Shown here: positions 54,319 to 64,000 of the stretch, piece after piece
How positions within the stretch are numbered: position 1 is the first letter of the stretch
Layout of the letters: each line of letters opens with the position of its first letter
Assembly: GCA_025355855.1 (NCBI GenBank)
Contig: JANXYU010000031.1
Location: 1,530 to 65,529 of the forward strand
DNA from: Actinomycetota bacterium
Lineage (GTDB): Bacteria > Actinomycetota > JAHEXW01
Reading direction: 5' to 3'
Length of the DNA stretch: 64,000 nucleotides
Translations under genes and position numbers: made by a program
The notes under the pieces: generated by a model
Told to the model about the DNA's origin: nothing
Databases searched by the model: none
Seen by the model: the letters and a program-made list of their open reading frames with translations, nothing else

Positions 54319-55727
54319 GTGCCCTCTGCTTCCTGTGGCCCAGCTAAGACGCCCGCGGCCGCGAGGCTCTTTGTTCGATTCACGACAGTTCGCAAGACGA
54401 CGGCCGCAATGATCCAGAAATACCACTGCATCGCGACACCTTTAACAAGGTTGTCCGCCACGCTCATCACCAGATAGGCCGCCAAAAAAGCCAGAAAACC
54501 GACAGCTATCGCGATGTCGAATGGCTCAACCAACTTCTTTAGACCTTGCCAGGCCGTTCTGCCGACAACAAAAAGCGTGCCGAGGTAGAGAAGCAGCCCG
54601 GGTATGCCAACCTCGACAGCCAATCGTAAGTAATCATTGTGCGCATCGTGCCCTGTAAAGAGGGCGAATGAGCCAATGCCATAGCCGAGCAATGGTCTTT
54701 GTTTGACAAGATCAATAAACCCTTGATCCCAGAAATTCAGCCGCCAGCCCAGCGAGCCGGCTGCTTGTCCACTCTGCACTACATCCTGAAATCGGTTCGC
54801 GATCTGGGGAAACAAAATGATCGCGGCAATCAGAATAAGCGGCAACCAGTAGAACATCTTCCTGTAGCGCATAGCGGCCATAACAAGCAGCGCTACGAGC
54901 AAACCGATCCAGGCGCCTCGCGCAAACGTCAGACCGAGCATTATGGAACACGCCGCGATAAGCAACCCGACTAGTATCTTCTTGGTCGGCTCGGCGTTCT
55001 CAAAGAAAAGCGGAATGGCAATGGCGAGAATCAAAACGAGATAGAAACCAAAAGAGTTCGGGTGTCCAAAGGTGCCCAAGATCCGTTCGAATTCCCCCCC
55101 GGCGGTGACGGCGACCGATCCGGCGTTGTTGACTAGTTGATACGCGCCCACCGCGAGAGGAACGATTGAGGAAACAAGGACCGCGTCTACCAGCCTTTTG
55201 ATGCTTCTCCTAGAGTTGAACACCTGGATGACGACAAGGAATATCACAAAGGTGCTGGCCACCCTCAGCCAATCGGCGACACCCGCCAACTTTGCTGATG
55301 AAGTTAGAATGCTCGCGAACGCTACGAAAATGAACAAAGCATAAGGGATCACTGCCGGGAGTTTCGAGAGTCTTGTCCTGTTTGACGCTAAATACACAGC
55401 CCCGGCGGCGATAAGTAAAACGCTTAGCAGGCTCGCGACATTAAGGTCGAAAGCCTGGGTAGATATGATGTTGACGTCCTTGAGAGCGTCCAGGCTGCTT
55501 CTTATCAGAACCAAAAGCAAGATACCCAGCTCGATCTTGTAGACCAGCAGACAAGTGATTAAGACTATTAAACTGATCTCGAAAACCAGCACCGGCGGAA
55601 ACAGGAAAAGCAGACCGGCTACAACAGCTCCAACCAGCAACGCCGCCGCCCACATTATGAGGTATGCTGACGTTCTATTTCCCGCTGAATAGTTTAATTT
55701 TCCCGGCGCCACACTTTCTATGTTCAC
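54315..55727 (-). CDS. O-antigen ligase / Wzy polymerase family protein
   Basis: About 12 TM segments, RILGTFGHPNSFG, TFARGAW, GYGIG, AHNDYL and GIPGL. Confidence 0.9.
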   Translation of the reverse strand: MNIESVAPGKLNYSAGNRTSAYLIMWAAALLVGAVVAGLLFLFPPVLVFEISLIVLITCLLVYKIELGILLLVLIRSSLDALKDVNIISTQAFDLNVASLLSVLLIAAGAVYLASNRTRLSKLPAVIPYALFIFVAFASILTSSAKLAGVADWLRVASTFVIFLVVIQVFNSRRSIKRLVDAVLVSSIVPLAVGAYQLVNNAGSVAVTAGGEFERILGTFGHPNSFGFYLVLILAIAIPLFFENAEPTKKILVGLLIAACSIMLGLTFARGAWIGLLVALLVMAAMRYRKMFYWLPLILIAAIILFPQIANRFQDVVQSGQAAGSLGWRLNFWDQGFIDLVKQRPLLGYGIGSFALFTGHDAHNDYLRLAVEVGIPGLLLYLGTLFVVGRTAWQGLKKLVEPFDIAIAVGFLAFLAAYLVMSVADNLVKGVAMQWYFWIIAAVVLRTVVNRTKSLAAAGVLAGPQEAEGT

Positions 55728-55728
55728 G

Positions 55729-56553
55729 CTATTCCTTGCCTTGGGAGAACTCCATTAAGAGTACGCTACCTGCGCCCAGCATAAGCCCAACGACGAGCGC
55801 GGCAAACATGTTGAGCGGCCACGAAGGACTGGCCGGTGATCTAGGCTCCGTGGCACCGTAAGCCAACTGCAACGAACCATGTGATACCAAATCATTCAAT
55901 GCCAGCTGGGATAACACATCGGAGTAGCCCTTTCGAGACGTTTCCTGGGCGCCAATTTGGTCTTGAATCTGTCCCAGCGCCGCGGCTTTCTTTATATCGG
56001 TTTCCCCTGTCTGTTGAGCCACCGCCGTCAGCTGCTGCCGCAAGGCCGCCAAATCCTTGTCAATCAAATCAATCCGACTCGGGATTTGCGTCTTTAGCGC
56101 GTCGGTTTTGCCGTACTCAAGCTGGAATGTCTTCTTCACTAGTAATTCTGAGCCTGCGTCCGCTAACGCCTTAGCCATTGCCGGACTATCCGCGGTGGCG
56201 GAGAACGTCAAATAGGCAGTCTGCTTGATGCCCGCGACGGTCAAGTCAAAATCGCCTAGGGCGACCGCGCTGGTCCCGAGCTTCAGTTTGGCCGCATTCA
56301 AGGTTTCTTTTTTAAATTGAGGATCGTCGGCTAGCTGCTGGTAAACCGTAAAATCAACGGCGTCCGCGGTAATTTGAGGGGTACTTAGATTGGAAATATC
56401 GACGGTCTTTAGAACGCGCAGTTTGCTGGTCGCGGTATAGGTCGTGGGCATATACAGGGTCGCGACGAAAGTAGCGGCAACAGTAATCAACGTAATCACC
56501 GCCACGGCCACTCTGTGCTGCCAAACGACTTTCACATACTCAATCAGCTCCAT
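55729..56553 (-). CDS. Wzz-like chain length determinant
   Basis: MELIEYV..W, two terminal TM helices, YTATSKL, a coiled coil and P..PASP motif. Confidence 0.85.
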   Translation of the reverse strand: MELIEYVKVVWQHRVAVAVITLITVAATFVATLYMPTTYTATSKLRVLKTVDISNLSTPQITADAVDFTVYQQLADDPQFKKETLNAAKLKLGTSAVALGDFDLTVAGIKQTAYLTFSATADSPAMAKALADAGSELLVKKTFQLEYGKTDALKTQIPSRIDLIDKDLAALRQQLTAVAQQTGETDIKKAAALGQIQDQIGAQETSRKGYSDVLSQLALNDLVSHGSLQLAYGATEPRSPASPSWPLNMFAALVVGLMLGAGSVLLMEFSQGKE

Positions 56554-59104
56554 TTAGACTTCTCCTCCTTAAACCGTTTTGATCGTTGGGCCGGCGGATT
56601 AGCCGCAAGCCAAGCAGTAACGGGTAGAACGGATAATATGCCGGTTCGGGCAGCTTTGGCAGAAACGGATAGAACCGGCGAAACCAAGCGACACTGGGAA
56701 ACAACCGCCACCTCACTGCTCGCGCTCTGTCCGCATAATCGTCCCGTAGAATCATCCAAGTCTGCTGGGCCCAGGCCCGCCGATCGTTGGCAATCTCCAT
56801 GACTCCTTCCTTGTTAACGAATCTATCAAATAATCGCGCGCTCAGAAACGCTGGATGGAGCTGACGCAGCACCGTTTCAGGCACGGGCGCGTCGAGCAGA
56901 TCCCTGGTAAACCGAAGCGAGTAATAGCATATCGTCATCATCCTATATTGGCGCGCCAGCCTGACGACACTGCCCCAATCCAATGATGGCTGATAGCGTA
57001 ACGTCTGCTCAATATCCTTGAGAAGAATCAATTTAGAGAAGTTGTGATGAACCGCGGCATGGGTGCATTGATAGATTAACAGGACTTCCGGCGACATTGA
57101 TCTTATCTTTCCGTCCTGAAAGTCGGCGTAGACCGCGTTGTTCCAGATATTCTCTTCAAAAAACTTGCTCAGGGTTGGATACCATCGGTTGTTGACCAAA
57201 CCCCAATGGAGATCCACAATCACGCCTGCATCATTGACAAAATGATATTGCGTTCGGCCGTCTTTCTTAGCCAGAGCGTCCTTTTCCCCCGTCGACGCAA
57301 AGCCCAGGCCTTTCAGCAGGGTCGCCGCCTCGGCCAGATCGGCGGGCTGAACGAGAATGTCAATATCGGTGTAGGCCCGCATACCCGGCCTGCGGTAGAC
57401 GACTTCATCGAGTAGCGCTCCCTTTATGGGCATACACTTGATTCCCCGCGTTTCAAACTCTTGGAGAAGCTTCGACAGCTCTTCCCTCAGCACTAAGCCT
57501 CTCGCGTTTCCGGCCAGCCAAGAATCTCTGAGCCGACCCATGAGTTCAACGGGGACAATTTCGGCATCGGCTCGCTCAAGCGCTTGATAGACGAACGCGG
57601 TCACGCCGTGCAAGTTTGATCGGTCAAGCAGCTCTTGCCAATCCACACCATCCAGTATGTAGGTTATTCCCGCGTCCGACGCGTTTGACTCGTCTTGCCT
57701 CACGCAGCGGACGATCAGGCGGTCGACATCATTTAGCTTGTCCGTCATATTTAATGCCGGGCTCGCGGTCGGCTCTTTTATCGCCAGCTCGCAGCTCCTG
57801 AATATGTCGTTAAAGTCGCCCGCGATGTTTGGCCAAGCAAATTTTTTCGTGTCGTTAACCCGCTCTGATTGCGACCAGCCCTTTTCATGCTGTCGGCACA
57901 AATCAAATAAGGCCTCTTTTATTAGCCCGACGTCGTCCGGCGGAACAATTGAAACGAGACCTGACGCCTCCAACAGATTCGTCGCCGCTCCGCGTGCCGC
58001 CAAAGCGAGAATAGGTTTCTGCGCGGCCATATATTCAAAAACTTTGGCTGGAATACTGCCAACATAGTCTTTTCCCACAATCAATAACAAGACATCCGCT
58101 TGCTGCAAATACCGCAAGCATTGCTTATGAGTCATATATCCCAGGTCGCTGACGGCACGCTCCAACCCCAATCCGGTTATTACGTTGCCGACATCTCCCG
58201 AGCCGATAAAGTTCACATTCATAACCTCGTCCAGACCGGGGTTCTCCGCCAACAGTTCTTTGACGGCTTCCAAAAAATAGGCCGGCGTGATTTGATCATC
58301 TTTGCCGTAGCTGTAAAAACTGCCTGCATAAGTGATGTTAAGCTTGCCATCGGCGGGACTGGCAAGCGACGAATCGAAATCATCGGGATCAAACCCGTTC
58401 GTTATCGTTTGGAATTTATCGCGGTAAGCCGGATAAGTTTTTAGGAAGTCTGCCGTCAGGTCAGGGCTAGTGCTGACGACCCGGCAGGCCGTTCGCATAA
58501 CAAGCGCTTCCAGCTTATCGACGGTCCGACGATGGAATCCGGTCGGGAGCTTCGAGAACGGGTTGTTTCGCCAGGGGTCGCGGAAGTCGGCCACCCAGGG
58601 CTTTCCCGATAGTTTATGCAGCAGGTAGCCGGTCAGATGACATGTATTGGGCGGAGAGCTGGAATAAATCAGGTCGATATCGTTCCGTTTAATGACTGCG
58701 AGGCCTTGTCTGACCGCAAAAGGAAGCCAATTGATTACTTCGTCAGCGTTGAGAGTCCAGGCGCTTATTCTCGCCTGCAGGCCGCCGCGTCTTGCCCCAG
58801 CGTTGCCCGTCGCGCGCGTTTTCTTGGACGTTTGGTTTCTCACCATCCGTTTTATAAACGATTGCAGACGATCTAAGCCCAGTGTAGAGGTCCTGAAGAC
58901 CACAGCGTCATCCGGAATCTCTGCCATCAGGCTGGCGTCTTGATTATGTTTTCGATTTTCTTTGATTGTCAGAACAAAAGGCCGCCAACCTAAGGCGGGC
59001 AGGTATTTGGTGAGTTTCAGCGCCCTGATGGTTCCAACTGTGCCTTGAGGCGGAAAATAGTAGGCTACCATCAGCACGTTCTTTTGCGTCGTTGGTTTAG
59101 TCAT
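56540..59104 (-). CDS. GT4-like glycosyltransferase fused to a C-terminal nucleotidyltransferase (PF14907-like)
   Basis: N-terminal YYFPP..GTIR, DFRDPW, YAGSFY and PAKVFEYMAA; C-terminal IKGALL..YRRPGMRAYTDIDILV and VDLHW. Confidence 0.85.
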   Translation of the reverse strand: MTKPTTQKNVLMVAYYFPPQGTVGTIRALKLTKYLPALGWRPFVLTIKENRKHNQDASLMAEIPDDAVVFRTSTLGLDRLQSFIKRMVRNQTSKKTRATGNAGARRGGLQARISAWTLNADEVINWLPFAVRQGLAVIKRNDIDLIYSSSPPNTCHLTGYLLHKLSGKPWVADFRDPWRNNPFSKLPTGFHRRTVDKLEALVMRTACRVVSTSPDLTADFLKTYPAYRDKFQTITNGFDPDDFDSSLASPADGKLNITYAGSFYSYGKDDQITPAYFLEAVKELLAENPGLDEVMNVNFIGSGDVGNVITGLGLERAVSDLGYMTHKQCLRYLQQADVLLLIVGKDYVGSIPAKVFEYMAAQKPILALAARGAATNLLEASGLVSIVPPDDVGLIKEALFDLCRQHEKGWSQSERVNDTKKFAWPNIAGDFNDIFRSCELAIKEPTASPALNMTDKLNDVDRLIVRCVRQDESNASDAGITYILDGVDWQELLDRSNLHGVTAFVYQALERADAEIVPVELMGRLRDSWLAGNARGLVLREELSKLLQEFETRGIKCMPIKGALLDEVVYRRPGMRAYTDIDILVQPADLAEAATLLKGLGFASTGEKDALAKKDGRTQYHFVNDAGVIVDLHWGLVNNRWYPTLSKFFEENIWNNAVYADFQDGKIRSMSPEVLLIYQCTHAAVHHNFSKLILLKDIEQTLRYQPSLDWGSVVRLARQYRMMTICYYSLRFTRDLLDAPVPETVLRQLHPAFLSARLFDRFVNKEGVMEIANDRRAWAQQTWMILRDDYADRARAVRWRLFPSVAWFRRFYPFLPKLPEPAYYPFYPLLLGLRLIRRPNDQNGLRRRSLNGAD

Positions 59105-60306
59105 GCGTACCGCCCGCCGGACACATCGTCATAAATGGCCTCGAGCTTCAAAACTTGTTTCTTGACGTCGTAATCTTTTTCGACATGTCCTCTGCCGGCC
59201 CATCCGATCTCGGCCCACCGGTCGCTATTGATAACCAAGTACATCAGCCTCTCAGCCAAGGCCGCGACGTCTTTTTCGGGCACTAAGAAGCCGCCTGCGC
59301 CGTCAATAACGACTTCCGGTATGTCGCAATGCGTCGTCGCCAAAATCGGCATACCGGAGGCGGACGCCTCTATTATGGAAACGGGTGCTCCGCCCTCAGT
59401 ATCGCCATCACCAGCCCGGACGCTTGGCGACAGAAATATGTGATGTTCATATAGTTCTTTTATGAATACGGCATGCGGTTGATACCCCGTTATCGTCACA
59501 CAGTCTTTCAACCCGTGTCGCTCGATCAGGCCCAAGATGACTCTTTTCTGTTCCTCTTCTCTTGGCTGCCCGCTTGAGTCTCCCATTATGGTCAGGCTCA
59601 TAGGTATGTCGGGTTTGGCTTTCTTGACCCGGCCGAACGCTTCAACGGCGTCGGGGATGCCCTTTTTCTCGCGAAAGCTGGCGGAGATCAAGATTTTCAC
59701 TGCGCCGTTATCTCCCGCTTCTCTAGGGGCGAATCTGATCTGCTCGAGATCGACGCCCAGATGCTGGACAATGATCTTCCCTTCCGGACAGCCCAGCTCT
59801 ACTAGACAGTCTTTCATGTGGTTACCCTCAACCAGAAAAGCGTCGCCCCGGCGAAACAGTCTTTTAAATCGCTTCTTCCACTTGGGCTGCTGTTCCGGGA
59901 GCATGCTTAGATCATAGCCATAGAACGTAGTGATCAACGGCAATCCAAAGAGGCTCTTAAGCCTCAAGAAATGATATCCGGAAGGACCGAAATGGGCGTG
60001 CACTAAGTCTGGTTTGTCCCCAAACAAGGCGAACAGGAAGCCGGGATAGAATCCAAAAAGCTTGTTCCATCCCTTGTTGAAAACTGTCCTTAAATCACCA
60101 AAGCCGTCGCTCAACTCCAACGACTTGATCTCCCCTAAAGGGTATACGTCCCTATTCTCTGTCCGGTAGGCGTAAACGATCGGCCGATATCGGCTGAGAT
60201 TCTGTATCTGCCCGTATATCCAGGTTTCCGTAAGTGACAGATAAGAACCGGCCAGGTAATCAACAACAGTTTTCATGGAACTCTCTTCTATCCCTTTTTG
60301 GCTCAT
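59101..60306 (-). CDS. GT4 glycosyltransferase (WcaL-like)
   Basis: SETWIY-like TETWIY, HAHFG, TTFYGYD, HLGVD, EKKG and GDTEGGAPVSIIEASASG. Confidence 0.9.
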   Translation of the reverse strand: MSQKGIEESSMKTVVDYLAGSYLSLTETWIYGQIQNLSRYRPIVYAYRTENRDVYPLGEIKSLELSDGFGDLRTVFNKGWNKLFGFYPGFLFALFGDKPDLVHAHFGPSGYHFLRLKSLFGLPLITTFYGYDLSMLPEQQPKWKKRFKRLFRRGDAFLVEGNHMKDCLVELGCPEGKIIVQHLGVDLEQIRFAPREAGDNGAVKILISASFREKKGIPDAVEAFGRVKKAKPDIPMSLTIMGDSSGQPREEEQKRVILGLIERHGLKDCVTITGYQPHAVFIKELYEHHIFLSPSVRAGDGDTEGGAPVSIIEASASGMPILATTHCDIPEVVIDGAGGFLVPEKDVAALAERLMYLVINSDRWAEIGWAGRGHVEKDYDVKKQVLKLEAIYDDVSGGRYA

Positions 60307-61781
60307 GACGACTCCGGAACGTCCGTTAGCGGCCGTGGCTTTAAGTGGCGAAGAAGTTGACGCACTTCTTTAATGAGCTGCCTGTCAAAAATGAATAACA
60401 GAACGGCAAAGGAGATGATGCCTGCTGCGACAAGCAATATCAACGCTAACAAGTCGCTGGCCCACTTCGCGTTCTCCAGATATACTCGCAGACCGGCGGT
60501 TAACAATGCCATTCCGGCGCTTGCCAAAAATATGGTGTCAAACTGCCTGATAAAACGACTGACCTTTAGATTAATCAGTTTGAAGGGAATGGCGAGGGCC
60601 GGATACAGTATTAGGAGAGAGGACGTAGCGTAGGCAACGGCCACTCCTTCGGCATTCCAACGTAAACCGATGACAAAGGCCATGGCGGTAATGGTCGTGG
60701 CGAATATCGACCACCGGAACATTATGTCAGTCCTGCCTTGTGACTGGAATATCCAGCCTACCGACCCTCCCACAGACTGCTCTATCCCGACAATCGCAAA
60801 AACTTGCACCAAGAATATCGATCGGCCCCATTGCGGCCCAAAAATCACGCGGATGAATTGGGGCGCCACGACGAGCAGGCCCATAAGCATCGGAAAACTG
60901 ATGGCCGCAATGTAGCGGGTGGCTCGCAAATAAACCAGTCGCACTTTGTCCTTGTCGTCTTGAACAACGGATAGACTGGGGAACATCACCCTGCCGACAA
61001 CCGCGGATATGTTGTTTAAGGGGAATAGAAGCAAACGATAGGCCAGGTTGTAAAACCCGAGCGGAACCGCTCCTAAAACCTTGCCTATCAGAAGGTTGTC
61101 GAGATTGCGGCTAAAATAGTTGACGAACTGGAACCCCGTGAGGTTTAGACCGAAACCGAGAAGCTCTTTGATCCGCTGCCAGCGAAAAAGAAACTTCGGA
61201 CGCCAGCTGGACAAGACCCATAAAAGAACCACCGTCGTAACGCTCGAGATTACAAGCTGTAAGACGAGACTCCAGACGCCAAAACCAGCGAATGCCAAAA
61301 CGACAGCCACGGTTCCGGAAATGGCCACACTAGAAACATCGACAATACCTAAGGTCTTGAATCTCAACTCTTTGGTCAACAGCGCGGTTTGGACGATGCC
61401 GAAAGATGATACAAGAAAGGTCGAAGCTATCGTTATGGTAATGAGCGTCAAGCTACTTTCTTTATAAAAATAGGCGACCGCCGGAGCCAAAGCGGACAAG
61501 GCTAGCGCCAAGACCAACCCCGCCAAAATGTTTGTCCAGAAACTGGAAGAGAGGTGTTCGTCGGTAATTTCCTTGCGCTGAACCACGGCAGCGGTCAAGC
61601 CAAAATCGCTGAAGGAGGTGACAAGGTTCGTGAATACTAATACCATCGCGATCAAACCGAAGTCAGCAGGCCGCAGCAAATGCGCCAGAATCGCGGTAAT
61701 CGTGAACTGAAACAGGACGCGCAAGAATTGTGACGCGCCGGACCAACCGACGCCCTTGACGGTTTTCTTCTCCAGATTCAT
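60303..61781 (-). CDS. Wzx flippase (WzxC-like)
   Basis: LLRPADFGL, DFGLTAAVVQ, DNLLIGKVLG..LGFYNLAY and RVMFPSLS; multi-pass TM. Confidence 0.92.
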   Translation of the reverse strand: MNLEKKTVKGVGWSGASQFLRVLFQFTITAILAHLLRPADFGLIAMVLVFTNLVTSFSDFGLTAAVVQRKEITDEHLSSSFWTNILAGLVLALALSALAPAVAYFYKESSLTLITITIASTFLVSSFGIVQTALLTKELRFKTLGIVDVSSVAISGTVAVVLAFAGFGVWSLVLQLVISSVTTVVLLWVLSSWRPKFLFRWQRIKELLGFGLNLTGFQFVNYFSRNLDNLLIGKVLGAVPLGFYNLAYRLLLFPLNNISAVVGRVMFPSLSVVQDDKDKVRLVYLRATRYIAAISFPMLMGLLVVAPQFIRVIFGPQWGRSIFLVQVFAIVGIEQSVGGSVGWIFQSQGRTDIMFRWSIFATTITAMAFVIGLRWNAEGVAVAYATSSLLILYPALAIPFKLINLKVSRFIRQFDTIFLASAGMALLTAGLRVYLENAKWASDLLALILLVAAGIISFAVLLFIFDRQLIKEVRQLLRHLKPRPLTDVPESS

Positions 61782-61783
61782 GG

Positions 61784-62851
61784 TTAAGAAACCTGAGGCA
61801 AATTATTGTGCCGTCGCGCCAATCTTCTGCCCTGCCTGAACATGACTCGCAACCTGTCCGCAGACCCGTAAACAGGCGTCCCCCGCGTCCAATATCGATA
61901 AGGGACTTGCGTGGCGCCGAAAGATTCCTTGTAGGCAATGAGTCCAGCCGCGTCGGGCGGCGAAGAGCCAAAATCATACTCTTTGTACCCCTCCTGAACG
62001 CCCTCTTCTATCATCGTGCTGACGAGTAAATGGTTAGGCCTCAAGTCAAGATATTCCGAATAGGAGCCGCTCATCCAGTTATAGATCCTGCCCCCGAACA
62101 AGAAGTGCATAGAGCCGCCGATCGGCTGTCCCCTGTACCGGGCAAGATGAACCCTGATCATGCCTTGCGGCGCCAGAAAAGAATAGAGGTTTCGGTAAAG
62201 GTCTCGCGGGTAGACCGGGTCTCGGCCGTGTTTTTGCCATATTGACGTGGCAATATCATAGAAGGCGTCTAGGTCTCCCGCGTCTTGAATCGCCCCGACA
62301 GACACTTCACTCCGTTCCGCTCTCTTTATGTTCTGCCTTACCGTTCGGCTAAAATTCTGCTTGACACTCTCCAGGCTTCCGCCAAGGTTCAGCGTATGAG
62401 TATAGAGGGTTTTGGCTGAGAACCCATAAGGAGCAAAGTAGTTTGGGTCATGTCGATTGTCCACGATAGCGATAGACCGGGCCCGCCAAACCCGCATGAT
62501 ATCGTCAAGCTTCCCTAGTACGGAATCCAACAAATCCGCCTCAACAGCGCCGCGCCGAAAAATCGGACCGCCGTACAAACCGAATGTAGCCGATTGAAAC
62601 TCGTGGATCGGGATGATTCTCTTTAGCCGCTTTCCCTCGAAGACAATAAAAGGGAGCCCCGCGATGATTCGGCCGGCCTTGTCTCTGGCGATCGCAAACA
62701 GGGGGGACGCCTCGTCGAACGATTCGACCACGGCCGCTTGCCATTCCAGCGTGTGAAATACGGAAGCCCCGCGGCTGTTGGCAACCAAGTCGCGCCACTC
62801 GCCCGGATCTACCTTATCTGCGAATTGACAGTCCGGCACTTGTTTAATCAA
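61784..62851 (-). CDS. GNAT-fold FemAB-like (Acetyltransf_6-type) protein
   Basis: VFHTLEW, VRQNIKRAER, RPNHLL, YDFGSS and YKESFGA motifs. Confidence 0.8.
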   Translation of the reverse strand: MIKQVPDCQFADKVDPGEWRDLVANSRGASVFHTLEWQAAVVESFDEASPLFAIARDKAGRIIAGLPFIVFEGKRLKRIIPIHEFQSATFGLYGGPIFRRGAVEADLLDSVLGKLDDIMRVWRARSIAIVDNRHDPNYFAPYGFSAKTLYTHTLNLGGSLESVKQNFSRTVRQNIKRAERSEVSVGAIQDAGDLDAFYDIATSIWQKHGRDPVYPRDLYRNLYSFLAPQGMIRVHLARYRGQPIGGSMHFLFGGRIYNWMSGSYSEYLDLRPNHLLVSTMIEEGVQEGYKEYDFGSSPPDAAGLIAYKESFGATQVPYRYWTRGTPVYGSADRLRVMFRQGRRLARRHNNLPQVS

Positions 62852-64000
62852 GTCCTCAAACTCCTATTCTTGTCGGCAACGGCCAAGATGTGTTTGCCTG
62901 GCATCCTGGAAGATAAACGGCTTAGACCGGTTTCCGTCCTGACAAAACGGATAATTCGGTCAACGTCTCTGGCTGTCACTTTAAGGTGCGTTGGGAAATT
63001 TATGACGTGCTCAACTGCGTCTTCAGCGCGGGGACAACTGCCTAACTTGTAGCCGGTCCGCTCTAAAGAACATTCTTCAGGGTAGATTACTGAATTAAAC
63101 CAGGTGCCAAATCCGATCTGATGCTTCCGGGCGGCGGCGACCGCCCTGGGCTTATCGGAAACGACAAAAGCGTATCTCAAGTAGACTGGCCTGACGTTAT
63201 CGGCCAAACGGGTCTCGGCAAATCCCATCTCGGCCAGGCCTCTTCGGTATCGGCCCGCCATTTCCCTTCTGTGCCTCAAGTTCGTCTCGAGATTCCGGAG
63301 TTGATTTAGGCCGACTTTCGCTTGAGCGTTTGTCAGAGACTTTTCGTAATGGGGAGGTTTCTCACAAACGTATTCTTCTTGGGCGAGCGGCGCGACAAAA
63401 GCATGACGTTTATCCAGTAGACGGTGGGCGATCGTTCCCCAAGTGAAATTTACCGGGCGAAACAATAGGTCTAACAAGACCAACTGGCGCAGGAGTTTCC
63501 CTACGTCAGGTGCTGCGGGGGGCGCACATTCTTGCTGAAACGCCTGGATCTTTTCGGCAACCGACGCGTCGTTGGTTACGGCGACTCCTCCCATGCCCGT
63601 TGAAATAACCTTAGATTGTTCCATGCTGAAAAACGAGGCGTCACCGAATAACCCAACTTTTTGCCCTTTGTACTCAGCTCCTAAAGCATGCGCGCAATCC
63701 TCGATAACCAGAAGATCATGTTTCCCGGCGAGCTTGACTATCGGATCCAAATCAGCCGGCAGCCCGAAGGTGTGCTGCACGATAATGGCCTTTGTTCGAT
63801 CCGTGATCCGTGACTCGATCTCTTTATAATCAATATTGTATGTTCCGCTATCGATGTCGACAAAGATCGGGACAGCACCCGTGTACTGAATCGCGTTCGG
63901 GACAACGACGCAGGTAATACCGGGCAAGATGACCTCGTCACCTTGGCCTATTTCCAGTGCGGTCAATATTGCAGAGAGACCTGTTCGGCCGCTGCCAAAG
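62848..64000 (-). CDS. DegT/DnrJ/EryC1/StrS aminotransferase (5' end lies beyond the window)
   Basis: The frame stays open to the edge (FGSGRTGLSAILTAL). GDEVILP, IEDCAHA and FFSMEQSK (PLP lysine) are present. Confidence 0.93.
   Translation of the reverse strand, partial: FGSGRTGLSAILTALEIGQGDEVILPGITCVVVPNAIQYTGAVPIFVDIDSGTYNIDYKEIESRITDRTKAIIVQHTFGLPADLDPIVKLAGKHDLLVIEDCAHALGAEYKGQKVGLFGDASFFSMEQSKVISTGMGGVAVTNDASVAEKIQAFQQECAPPAAPDVGKLLRQLVLLDLLFRPVNFTWGTIAHRLLDKRHAFVAPLAQEEYVCEKPPHYEKSLTNAQAKVGLNQLRNLETNLRHRREMAGRYRRGLAEMGFAETRLADNVRPVYLRYAFVVSDKPRAVAAARKHQIGFGTWFNSVIYPEECSLERTGYKLGSCPRAEDAVEHVINFPTHLKVTARDVDRIIRFVRTETGLSRLSSRMPGKHILAVADKNRSLRT

Noticed and set aside
63966-64000. Start of the DegT-family gene at 63966, as given in the ORF track
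   Set aside because: The frame remains open to the window edge with conserved residues, so the true start lies outside the window.

Overview
Bacterial chromosomal window in which almost all genes lie on the minus strand. Two conserved gene orders dominate: tig-clpP-clpX-valS-folC-ndk-mreBCD-mrdA-rodA-(radical SAM pair)-rne/rng-rplU-rpmA-obgE-proB, and secA-prfB-...-ftsE-ftsX-envC-ctpA-...-smpB-ssrA, plus murI-rph-rdgB and five tRNAs. This synteny suggests a deep-branching Actinomycetota genome (inference only). Accessory parts are a small-gene region between a DEAD-box helicase and the tmRNA 3' end (about 25.4-29.5 kb), an incomplete tad cluster, and a Wzx/Wzy polysaccharide locus that runs off the right edge. 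The most notable non-coding observations are: (1) an ORF-less 237-nt group I intron in the T-loop of the tmRNA gene; (2) an intact-looking REP-associated tyrosine transposase (RAYT) with two classes of GTAG-REPs, arranged as a BIME-like array and also dispersed through the window; (3) a family of 9-bp tandem arrays at the stop codons of four housekeeping genes; (4) mini-insertions that duplicate tRNA 3' ends and share a hairpin motif; (5) a two-copy conserved element with a covarying hairpin; (6) a ferredoxin gene with an in-frame TGA followed by a SECIS-like hairpin; (7) a 20-bp palindromic operator candidate on both sides of a TrpR-like gene. All calls come from manual reading and motif recognition; no database searches were run.
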